Origin: Minisyncoccota bacterium | Lineage (GTDB): Bacteria > Patescibacteriota > Minisyncoccia > Phycocordibacterales > DATDWN01 | Direction: 5' to 3' | Length of the DNA: 52,235 bases | Assembly: GCA_036517295.1 (NCBI GenBank) | Contig: DATDWZ010000014.1 | Span: 1 to 52,235 of the forward strand | Shown: positions 10,364 to 18,052 of the stretch, one piece after another | Layout: each line of letters starts with the position of its first letter | How positions within the stretch are numbered: the first letter of the stretch is position 1 | Notes under the pieces: model-generated | Databases searched by the model: none | Told to the model about the DNA's origin: nothing | What the model saw: only the letters and a program-made list of their open reading frames with translations | Program-made: the position numbers and the translations under genes

Positions 10364-10801
10364 TTATTTGCTTTCCAGTCTTTCCAATATCTCGTTTTGA
10401 TTTTCCAAGTGGGTCAGGATCGTTTCTATTTCCTTCTCAGCCTTTGTATTGACCTCAAAATCGGCTTCCGCTCGAGCCTGAGCGTGCTTACCTTGTAAGT
10501 TCTGACCTATCAAAAGAAGTGGCATAAGAAATATCTGAATCGTGTTGGATATAAAGAGCCATAAGACAAAAGCTGGGTATGGGTCAAAGTGAAATTCTGA
10601 CGGGCCCAACGTGTTCCACCCTATCCATGTAATTGTCCAAAAGAGAATTATAAAGAAAAAGCCCATAGTACCAACCTTTTCGGTTATCCACACAGCAAAC
10701 AACTCAAGGGACGATAGGTGTTCCTTATGTTCGACGTTCACGTTACGTAAAGGTTTACGTGAACTTTTTATTTCATCCAGAGATAATAAGGTCTTTTTCA
10801 T
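10364..10801 (-). CDS. DUF1003-family membrane protein
   Basis: Two TM segments plus a DPYPF-like motif (FDPYPAFVLWLFISN) and a coiled-coil tail. I take ATG 10801 as the start because the upstream 13 codons lie in the repeat element. Confidence 0.7.
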   Translation of the reverse strand: MKKTLLSLDEIKSSRKPLRNVNVEHKEHLSSLELFAVWITEKVGTMGFFFIILFWTITWIGWNTLGPSEFHFDPYPAFVLWLFISNTIQIFLMPLLLIGQNLQGKHAQARAEADFEVNTKAEKEIETILTHLENQNEILERLESK

Positions 10802-10930
10802 CCCGTTAAAGATAGGAAATCCCTCGAGAATACGAGGCATTTCCGTAGTTAATGTTTATATAATAATTAATGTAAACTGAATCTTTATACTACCCAAGAG
10901 AGATTAATCAACCAAGTAATCTCTAACGGG
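10802..10930 (-). mobile_element. Start-codon-abutting TIR element (MITE-like), copy A
   Basis: The termini cccgttaaagat / atctctaacggg are inverted repeats. Flanking direct repeat is ttcat / ttcat. It shares an internal hairpin with copy B. Confidence 0.7.
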
Positions 10931-10959
10931 ATTCATATCCCATTATAACAAATTAAGTT

Positions 10960-11532
10960 TTAAATGGCCCGAGCCAGGCTCCCAATCACCAGTATTCCGA
11001 GGAAGTTAAAAACAAAGGAAATCAACACAAACAGCTTCATTTTCATTTTAGAAAAACCTAAAAGGCCCGCACCCAACTCGTCCGGTAGGGGCGAAGCGAT
11101 TACGATCCCGCCCATAAGAAATGTCAGCCATCTGAAATATCGAAGTTTGAACAGGGCTCGCATACGTTTACCCATAGTGTCGTGTGACAACAGAATCACT
11201 AGGTGCTCGGACAGCCTGTCTTTTACAAACTTGAATATGAGAATATCGCCGAAAACCGCTCCGATAGAGCCGAAGAACGCGGTCATGAGGGTAGACGAGT
11301 TCTGTGCAATCTCCCCCAACGCGACAATGGCCGGAGCGGTGGTAAAGATGGAAGTGAAAAAGAAACCGGCCACAAAACTGCCGATTATCTCCGAACCCAC
11401 TGCCACACCGAGGATCTCCGAAAGAACACGAGTTTTTAGCAAAATAATGGCAACCAAAACACTAATCACTATAATGGAGATATCCTGCAGTAAAAAACTG
11501 TCTTTTTTGTGTGATTTCATGGGTCTACCCAA
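10960..11532 (-). CDS. Integral membrane protein, function unknown
   Basis: 190 aa with 5-6 TM segments. Confidence 0.5.
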   Translation of the reverse strand: MGRPMKSHKKDSFLLQDISIIVISVLVAIILLKTRVLSEILGVAVGSEIIGSFVAGFFFTSIFTTAPAIVALGEIAQNSSTLMTAFFGSIGAVFGDILIFKFVKDRLSEHLVILLSHDTMGKRMRALFKLRYFRWLTFLMGGIVIASPLPDELGAGLLGFSKMKMKLFVLISFVFNFLGILVIGSLARAI

Positions 11533-11641
11533 GCGGAAAAATTGATTACCTTACTTTCTTTGGTTTCTTCTTCTCTTTTTTATATGTTTCTCCTTTAGCC
11601 ATATGTTTCAAGTTAATTGATATAAATATATTATATCACAG

Positions 11642-11669
11642 CAAAACCCGCCGAATAGGCGGGTTTTGC
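11642..11669 (-). terminator. Rho-independent terminator after the SWIB gene
   Basis: aaaacccgcc-gaat-aggcgggtttt hairpin with flanking T/A runs. Confidence 0.7.
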
Positions 11670-11690
11670 ATAAATCGACTTTGAACCGGA

Positions 11691-11948
11691 TTATGAGAGG
11701 TGCTTTGAAACGAGCTTTGTCATTTCAAACATATTCACAACTCCTTTTCCACCGAATACTTTTTTCAAAGCGGCGTCGGCATTTATGTTTCGCTTGTTCT
11801 TTGGGTCCTGAAGGTTATTACCTTTTATGTACACCCAAAGCTTCTTGACTACTTCCGATCGAGGCATAGGACCCTTTCCTACTACAGCCGCAAGGTCGGC
11901 AGAAATCGTCATAGGCTTCATAAACGCTGAATTACTTTTTGCTGGCAT
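11691..11948 (-). CDS. SWIB/MDM2 domain protein
   Basis: ISADLAAVVG ... MPRSEVVKKLWVYIKGNNLQDP ... is the canonical SWIB pattern. Confidence 0.85.
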   Translation of the reverse strand: MPAKSNSAFMKPMTISADLAAVVGKGPMPRSEVVKKLWVYIKGNNLQDPKNKRNINADAALKKVFGGKGVVNMFEMTKLVSKHLS

Positions 11949-12044
11949 GATTTTATTATTTAAAATACTAATGGAACCATTGTACCACCCCTATAGGAAA
12001 AAGCCAGGAGACTGTAGGGGGACGGGGTTGATCGTCCGGTATTG

Positions 12045-12635
12045 TTATTTCTTGACCATACCGTCAAAAGCCATCCTTTTGTAATCATTTTCATCAATAC
12101 CATAGAGTTTATAGACCTGTTGGGTGGAGAAAATCTTTTTGTCTTCGGGGTTCAGTCCCAACATCCAGATTGCCTTGTCGATATCTTCCCAACTTTTAGC
12201 TTCTATTTCCATATATGGCTTGATTTCCGGTTGAGAATCTATATCGAACTCAATACCATCCTTTTCCCAGCGTATCCGGCGGTTTTCCTGATAGAACTTC
12301 TCTATAAAACCTAGAGCCAAAATCAATTCAGCCGTTTTATCAAAGTCACTGACTACCACTTCTATCTCTCTCATACTGGTATCGTTTACGGTACCATCGT
12401 GAGAAGTAGCTCCAAGACGCTGTTTGAATGTTAAGGTAACCCTTTCTCCTTCATCACGCAGTCTGAGCCAGGCATGAGCGTTGTTTAGGCGATAATCTGG
12501 ATAGTCAAAGACGCGCCTGCGATAAAAATACTGGCCGATTTTGGTAGCGCCAAGGTCTTTCAGTTTTCTCTGGATTCCGTCCACATCTATTTCCAGGAAT
12601 TTGACTTCTATTTCTTCTTGTGGGCCAACCGTCAT
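12045..12635 (-). CDS. CYTH-domain protein (class IV adenylate cyclase / triphosphatase family)
   Basis: EIEVKFLEID N-terminal ExExK motif. Start moved to ATG 12635 to avoid overlapping the upstream gene. Confidence 0.7.
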   Translation of the reverse strand: MTVGPQEEIEVKFLEIDVDGIQRKLKDLGATKIGQYFYRRRVFDYPDYRLNNAHAWLRLRDEGERVTLTFKQRLGATSHDGTVNDTSMREIEVVVSDFDKTAELILALGFIEKFYQENRRIRWEKDGIEFDIDSQPEIKPYMEIEAKSWEDIDKAIWMLGLNPEDKKIFSTQQVYKLYGIDENDYKRMAFDGMVKK

Positions 12636-12645
12636 GTTATTGGAA

Positions 12646-13509
12646 TTAAAGACTTGTATTTCGCACCAGAGTGGCATCTATGATTGGATCATCCACTTCG
12701 CGTACAGCGCCATAAACTCGGACTGTATCGCCAACTATAAAGCGACTCAAAAGAACGGAGCCTCTGTTTTTGTTCATTATTAAGGCCGTCGGTGATATAT
12801 TGACGACATAAACTATATTGCCGACTTTCAGCTTAATCGATGCCGGTGATATAGAACTGGTTATTTCCTGTAAAACTCCTTCAAAGTTTTTCGCGGTATA
12901 GGTGGTCGGGTTGATGTAGGTCGTTACCGACTGGGCTATCAGTACTTTGGTACTCAAGTCATAGTCTCCTGAAGTTTTCAGCACTATATCGCCAACTTTT
13001 ACATGAGCCAGATCAAGAGTCCGGTTTCCTTTTATGAACCGCGTGGTAGCGCTGGTTTCTACCGTCACCGATCCGTGGGTTTTTGTCTCGAGGACGAAAC
13101 TGCCGGAACCGGATCGGACCTCTGTCACCGTACCGGAAAATATATATTGAGCTTTTTGGACCGAGGAATTCTTAATACTCGAGGTGATGAGCGTTAATGT
13201 ATCACTGCCTGATTCAAGTTCCCCAGATACATCAACTATATTACCTTCAGAAATCTCCGATATGGTCGTGACCTCTCCCGTACCACGATAAAATTTGGTT
13301 TTACTGTTGGTTTTTACGGTTATACGAACGTAAGCATTGCCCCAATAAAGTCGGGCATAAAAAGTGCCACCGGCAATCTGCATAATTTTGACTTCAGTAA
13401 AAGAAGCCTTGCCGTCTTTTGTAATATGAACCTCAGAACCTGAAAAGGCCTGAACAGATAGGGGAAGCGTTAGGATTAGAGCCAAAAATATGGCAAATTT
13501 ATTTTTCAT
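12646..13509 (-). CDS. Secreted protein with repeated small beta-domains
   Basis: Signal peptide MKNKFAIFLALILTLPLSVQA and three internally similar about 80-aa segments (…GD.V.V.G…). Confidence 0.55.
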   Translation of the reverse strand: MKNKFAIFLALILTLPLSVQAFSGSEVHITKDGKASFTEVKIMQIAGGTFYARLYWGNAYVRITVKTNSKTKFYRGTGEVTTISEISEGNIVDVSGELESGSDTLTLITSSIKNSSVQKAQYIFSGTVTEVRSGSGSFVLETKTHGSVTVETSATTRFIKGNRTLDLAHVKVGDIVLKTSGDYDLSTKVLIAQSVTTYINPTTYTAKNFEGVLQEITSSISPASIKLKVGNIVYVVNISPTALIMNKNRGSVLLSRFIVGDTVRVYGAVREVDDPIIDATLVRNTSL

Positions 13510-13651
13510 GAATCCAGTATAACAAATAATCTACTCTTTGGAACTTGGATTATCTTTGAGTCACATGAGAGTGTCGTAACCGTTCATAACCCTATCGGTC
13601 GCTTTTACTTCTACCTCTTTCTGTATATATCGATACTATATCAAATAATTC

Positions 13652-14647
13652 TTAATAATTACCGTCACCCAAAAGTTCCAGAAATTTCATCGGGTCTATA
13701 GAGATATCCCATATCCTTACGGTCACGTGTAAATGAGGTCCCAAAACATAACCAGTATCTCCACTCAGGGCTATCTGTTCTCCCTTCTCCACTATTTGGC
13801 CATTGACTACATTTATTTCAGATAGATGCATGTAGACGGTTTGTAGTCCTACCCCGTGGTCTATAACCACAACTTTGCCGTAATTGCGAAGATTACCGAC
13901 GAAGCCCACCACCCCACGATTCATAACATAGACAGGAGTACCTATAGACGCTTGAAAGTCCGTACCTTTGTGTGGCATGGTCGTGGACTTGCCGAGAAGC
14001 CTAGTGTACCCGTATGGATCGGAAACAACGAGAGGGCCTTTCAGGGGTAACCCAAACTTATCGGTCCAGAATCTCTGGTTACTTGTAAAAATAGCATTAA
14101 TAATCTTACCCTCTTGCGCTAAACTGGTGATAAGTGCCTTCTCGCTTACGGGTGTATTACCGCCGAGTTTATCCGGAATATCAAATGGCTTTTGGACTAC
14201 CACACGTTCGCTAATAATAAAATTCTCTTTTATTTGCTGGCCATCACGTAAAGTTAAGACAAGAGGAAATGTTCCCGGAATAGCTCGAAGGTCTACACCA
14301 AGAAGCGCGGATACTTGACCCTCATACAAAAATATAATGAGCGGACGATTATCAAACGTAAACGACTTGACGCTTGTTGTTGAAGTCAAACCCTCTACGG
14401 TTATGAGAGCAGGTTCACCCGGCCGTGTTTCAAGCGGAGTAATAGATATGAATGGATGATCTCGAGGTACAGGCTTACGAACTACAGGGGTACTGACAGC
14501 AACAACACTTGCCCCGTCCACTTTCGACACAGACGGCTCATTAAAATATTGGAAAGCGAACACTCCAAGTAATACAAAAAACGCCACTAGGAATAGAGCC
14601 TTCCTTCCCTTATGCCTTTTTGGATGATTGTGTTTTATCATATGCAT
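13652..14647 (-). CDS. M23 family peptidoglycan metalloendopeptidase
   Basis: HKGTDF ... IDHG ... YMHLS ... GDTGYVLGPHLH motifs, with an N-terminal anchor. Confidence 0.9.
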   Translation of the reverse strand: MHMIKHNHPKRHKGRKALFLVAFFVLLGVFAFQYFNEPSVSKVDGASVVAVSTPVVRKPVPRDHPFISITPLETRPGEPALITVEGLTSTTSVKSFTFDNRPLIIFLYEGQVSALLGVDLRAIPGTFPLVLTLRDGQQIKENFIISERVVVQKPFDIPDKLGGNTPVSEKALITSLAQEGKIINAIFTSNQRFWTDKFGLPLKGPLVVSDPYGYTRLLGKSTTMPHKGTDFQASIGTPVYVMNRGVVGFVGNLRNYGKVVVIDHGVGLQTVYMHLSEINVVNGQIVEKGEQIALSGDTGYVLGPHLHVTVRIWDISIDPMKFLELLGDGNY

Positions 14648-14683
14648 ATTGTACCGTATTAGACTCTTCTTCTCACTATATTC

Positions 14684-15868
14684 TTACATTACCTTATCGA
14701 TTACAGGAACAGGCATTGTGTCTTTTTTCTTTGACTTAATTCTTTGTACGAACGGATGTTCAATAAACCTATACGAAATGGACGATATGGCGACAACAAG
14801 AAGTCCCGCGAAAAGAATTACCGTCCAGTACTCCAAAGGACTCAAAGAAGTTATGGGGTAGAAGGCGTTCATAGCGCGCAAAACAAAATACAATACTATG
14901 CCATGGAGCAAATAGATACTGTAACTGAGGGTACTCAAAAACTTCGCTACCGGCATCTTTAATAGTCCAAAGAGATCGTTACCGTAAACAAAACAGAGAA
15001 AGACTATGAGACTGACGGCGTACTGTGAATACGAATAGGGTTTATATTGAATAAGATAGACAGCCACTAAACCTAGTATCGGAACAACTCCCAACCAAGA
15101 ATATTTTTTAAACCACGGAATAGCAGGATGATAGTGAACTATGTAAGCGGCCATGATGCCGAACAAAAATATCGCCCAGTATCCCCTGTCAGGCAAAAGC
15201 AATACTCCTATCAAAACCAGAATCGAGGCAATTTTCCCATATTTATTTCTATGCAAAAGTGCTATGAGTGGCAATATGAGATAGAATACCCACTCATAGT
15301 GCAGAGTCCAATGTATTCCGGCATTTATAGGAGCGACTTCGAACCCATTAAAACTTTTAATAGTCTCCAAACCGAGTGTAAACCAATAAAAGATATCCCT
15401 CAAAAGACCACCGGCCGAGAGAATCTTAAAACCGGTATTGTAGAGAGCGATAATCCCCACTAAAAACCCGGCAAAAATATATAAAGGCGCCAATCGCAAT
15501 AAACGACTTCTATACAGACGAAACATATCGGCTCCGCCATTATTGGCGATCAATTTTGTCCAATAAAGGAAACTAGTGGTTATAAAAAACAATATAACAG
15601 CCTCACCGCCCAAAAACCTATAGAATCGGTCGTCTGTTATCTGCCAGATACCGGTTTGAAAAAAAGAATGATTCTGTATCGCGTGTTGGAAAAATACCCC
15701 AATAGCCAGAAATCCGCGCAGGCCATCGAGAGACTCGTAGCGTTCGGCGGATTCGGCTTTGGCTATTTTGCGATAAAAAGGAATGATTTTTACCAAAACG
15801 GCCCCTAGTCCGACGATGAAGGCCATGATAACAAAGTATGGGATGATGCTGGTGTAACTCAATTCCAT
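14684..15868 (-). CDS. Acyltransferase family 3 (membrane O-acyltransferase)
   Basis: About 10 TM segments; LDGLRGFLAIGVFFQH motif near the N-terminus. Confidence 0.8.
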   Translation of the reverse strand: MELSYTSIIPYFVIMAFIVGLGAVLVKIIPFYRKIAKAESAERYESLDGLRGFLAIGVFFQHAIQNHSFFQTGIWQITDDRFYRFLGGEAVILFFITTSFLYWTKLIANNGGADMFRLYRSRLLRLAPLYIFAGFLVGIIALYNTGFKILSAGGLLRDIFYWFTLGLETIKSFNGFEVAPINAGIHWTLHYEWVFYLILPLIALLHRNKYGKIASILVLIGVLLLPDRGYWAIFLFGIMAAYIVHYHPAIPWFKKYSWLGVVPILGLVAVYLIQYKPYSYSQYAVSLIVFLCFVYGNDLFGLLKMPVAKFLSTLSYSIYLLHGIVLYFVLRAMNAFYPITSLSPLEYWTVILFAGLLVVAISSISYRFIEHPFVQRIKSKKKDTMPVPVIDKVM

Positions 15869-15985
15869 TTGCCGGGTTTTAGAGTAATGTCATGGCCACG
15901 CTTAATCTGCACATTCATAACTTAATTTTACCACAACTAACCCTGGAATCACGAAGTCTGAAAATGATAAATATTATATTTTCTC

Positions 15986-16231
15986 TTAAAACCCGGATGC
16001 GTTGTCTTGAGCTTTCTTGATAGTGCCGTCACCCAATCCTCCTATCCACAATGGTAAGAGGTCACCACCGGTCAGGTAGTACCCTATTTGACCCACTGCA
16101 TTAATAGGTGGCGGACAATCCTCTTTCGGTATAGCACATGTGTAATGAATTACCGCTCCAAAATATCTGATACCCAAAAAACAGCCGATGACGATGATAA
16201 TCACTCCAAATATTTTTAGATATCGTTCCAT
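15986..16231 (-). CDS. Small membrane protein
   Basis: The internal ATG gives an 81-aa protein with one TM segment. The longer ORF would overlap the HTH gene. Confidence 0.4.
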   Translation of the reverse strand: MERYLKIFGVIIIVIGCFLGIRYFGAVIHYTCAIPKEDCPPPINAVGQIGYYLTGGDLLPLWIGGLGDGTIKKAQDNASGF

Positions 16232-16235
16232 ATAT

Positions 16236-16439
16236 TTATTTTTTGACCTCCAATATATCCCCCGGCTGACACTCCAGCGCTTTGCAGATGGCTTCAAGGG
16301 TCGAGAACCGGACGGCTCTGGCTTTTCCATTTTTCAAAATGGAAATATTGGCCATGGTGATTCCGACCTTCTCCGCGAGTTCGGTGACGCTCATTTTTCT
16401 CTTGGCCAGCATTACGTCGATATTGATTATAATTACCAT
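16236..16439 (-). CDS. XRE/YozG-type helix-turn-helix regulator
   Basis: MSVTELAEKVGITMANISILKNGK HTH. 67 aa, paired with a DUF2975-like membrane gene. Confidence 0.8.
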   Translation of the reverse strand: MVIIINIDVMLAKRKMSVTELAEKVGITMANISILKNGKARAVRFSTLEAICKALECQPGDILEVKK

Positions 16440-16449
16440 ATTATTTTGG

Positions 16450-16911
16450 TCATACCGTTAGGTCATTCTCTGATTTTATATTCATGATATTTTGCAGAAG
16501 TTTCTCCAGGACTGCCGTAAAGACAGCAACCACTAGTGGGGCAAATATAAAGACCAGTCCAATCACTACAGCACCGGGAGCGTCGTCTTTGTCTGCTACA
16601 TAAATTATGTACGGCATTCCCACGGCATAGAGTACGCTAATCGTGAACGCACAATATTTAATATTCTTTACCGCCTTCACCGACATTTCCGAGAACGCTG
16701 TGTTCTTGTCGATGTAATTTAAAAGCTGTAAACCATGATAGAGCCCAATGAAAAACGGTATCGCCGCTACACCCGCAATAAATAGGACGGGAAGAAACAT
16801 CCCCGCATTTCCGGAAATGCTTACCCCTCCGATAATCACGCAAAGCCCAAGCACGGCAAGCCCGATAAGATAAACCACCACCTTCAGAAATAAAGTTGAC
16901 CCTTGTTTCAT
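16450..16911 (-). CDS. DUF2975-like membrane protein
   Basis: Four TM segments, and the typical pairing with a YozG-type HTH. Confidence 0.55.
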   Translation of the reverse strand: MKQGSTLFLKVVVYLIGLAVLGLCVIIGGVSISGNAGMFLPVLFIAGVAAIPFFIGLYHGLQLLNYIDKNTAFSEMSVKAVKNIKYCAFTISVLYAVGMPYIIYVADKDDAPGAVVIGLVFIFAPLVVAVFTAVLEKLLQNIMNIKSENDLTV

Positions 16912-17099
16912 TAATCTAATACTAGTCTATATTTATCGTTTGTCAATATATTATTATCGTTATCTGTGGATAATCACTTAAGAGGCCACCCCGCCGAATA
17001 ACATCAAAATCCATAGAAAATTCCTATGGGTTACAACTTCAATAAATCCAAGCTTATTCGCTTTCTCTATTTTTTTCAACTTCAAGACTTTAATGACGC

Positions 17100-17864
17100 C
17101 TAATTTGCCCAGATGACGAAGGTAAATATCTTGTTGCCATTACCCAAGTTACGTTCATACAATGCTCCGTGACCATCCGATGATGTTCGGATTTGTTTAC
17201 CCCATGTAGATGGGCTGGAGTGATCAACCTCCTGCCTGTTTGATAAAGATGTTTGGCTAACTGTGGTTCCTGAATCGAGATGAGAGTAAATAGTCTCGAG
17301 CATGTCATAGTCATGCTGATTTGGGTGTTGATTTGTCGACGGATTACTTGTGTAGTCCATACACGTACCGAGGTTGGCGTTATTGAAGTCTTCATCTTGA
17401 TGATTAAGACCGAAGGTATGTCCGATTTCTTGGCACATAGCCAAATTTTTCCATGCAGGAGTGTTGTATTTAGTGGTGTTGAAATATGAGTCGTTCAATT
17501 TAACTGTGCCCTGAGTGATGTGTTCTCCACTTGCCCAAATACTTGCAACACCAAGCCAACCATTGTTGCCGTATTTACTGTTGCAGACTTCGACTCGTCC
17601 AGATACGGCCCGACAATTCTTTGGGTTAGTACTACCTGGAACTATTAACGTATCAAGTGCACCTGAAAGACTCCAGTCATTTGATGCCCCAATGAGTTGG
17701 GTATCCCAATTTGGTGATAGGTTATCTCCAAGTTTAAGAGTAAATGGGTTCGCCGTGCGACCCCAGTGATAGTTGCCCCATGAGTGGTTGGCAAGAACGG
17801 GAGTAGCGACAAGCAACAAAAAAAGTGTGATTAAGCCACCGAGAGAAGTCGTGATAATTTTCAT
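17100..17864 (-). CDS. Secreted metzincin-like metalloprotease with atypical QExxHxxGxxH motif
   Basis: Signal peptide MKIITTSLGGLITLFLLLVATPVLA; CQEIGHTFGLNHQD followed by a Met-turn-like CMDY. Confidence 0.6.
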   Translation of the reverse strand: MKIITTSLGGLITLFLLLVATPVLANHSWGNYHWGRTANPFTLKLGDNLSPNWDTQLIGASNDWSLSGALDTLIVPGSTNPKNCRAVSGRVEVCNSKYGNNGWLGVASIWASGEHITQGTVKLNDSYFNTTKYNTPAWKNLAMCQEIGHTFGLNHQDEDFNNANLGTCMDYTSNPSTNQHPNQHDYDMLETIYSHLDSGTTVSQTSLSNRQEVDHSSPSTWGKQIRTSSDGHGALYERNLGNGNKIFTFVIWAN

Positions 17865-18052
17865 CATAACCCTAATGATAGCAGTTTGGACATACATCCA
17901 CAAGACCATTTTCATCTGAGAGAAATTTCTGTCCTCGATACAACTACTAATGGACTCGGTATTCAATTAACCCCATAGGAATTTCCTATGGGGTTAAAAT
18001 AAAATGATACTTAATTAAACATAAATTTGTTATTTTTTTATTATATCAACTT

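Noticed and set aside
10802-10840. ORF-track start at 10840 adding MPRILEGFPIFNG to the DUF1003 protein
   Set aside because: These 13 codons lie inside the TIR element. The equivalent frame in copy B is blocked by a TAG, so the extension is not a conserved coding feature.
11546-11602. 18-aa Lys-rich mini-ORF (MAKGETYKKEKKKPKKVR) upstream of the membrane protein gene
   Set aside because: It is too short and of too low complexity to support without conservation or ribosome-profiling data.
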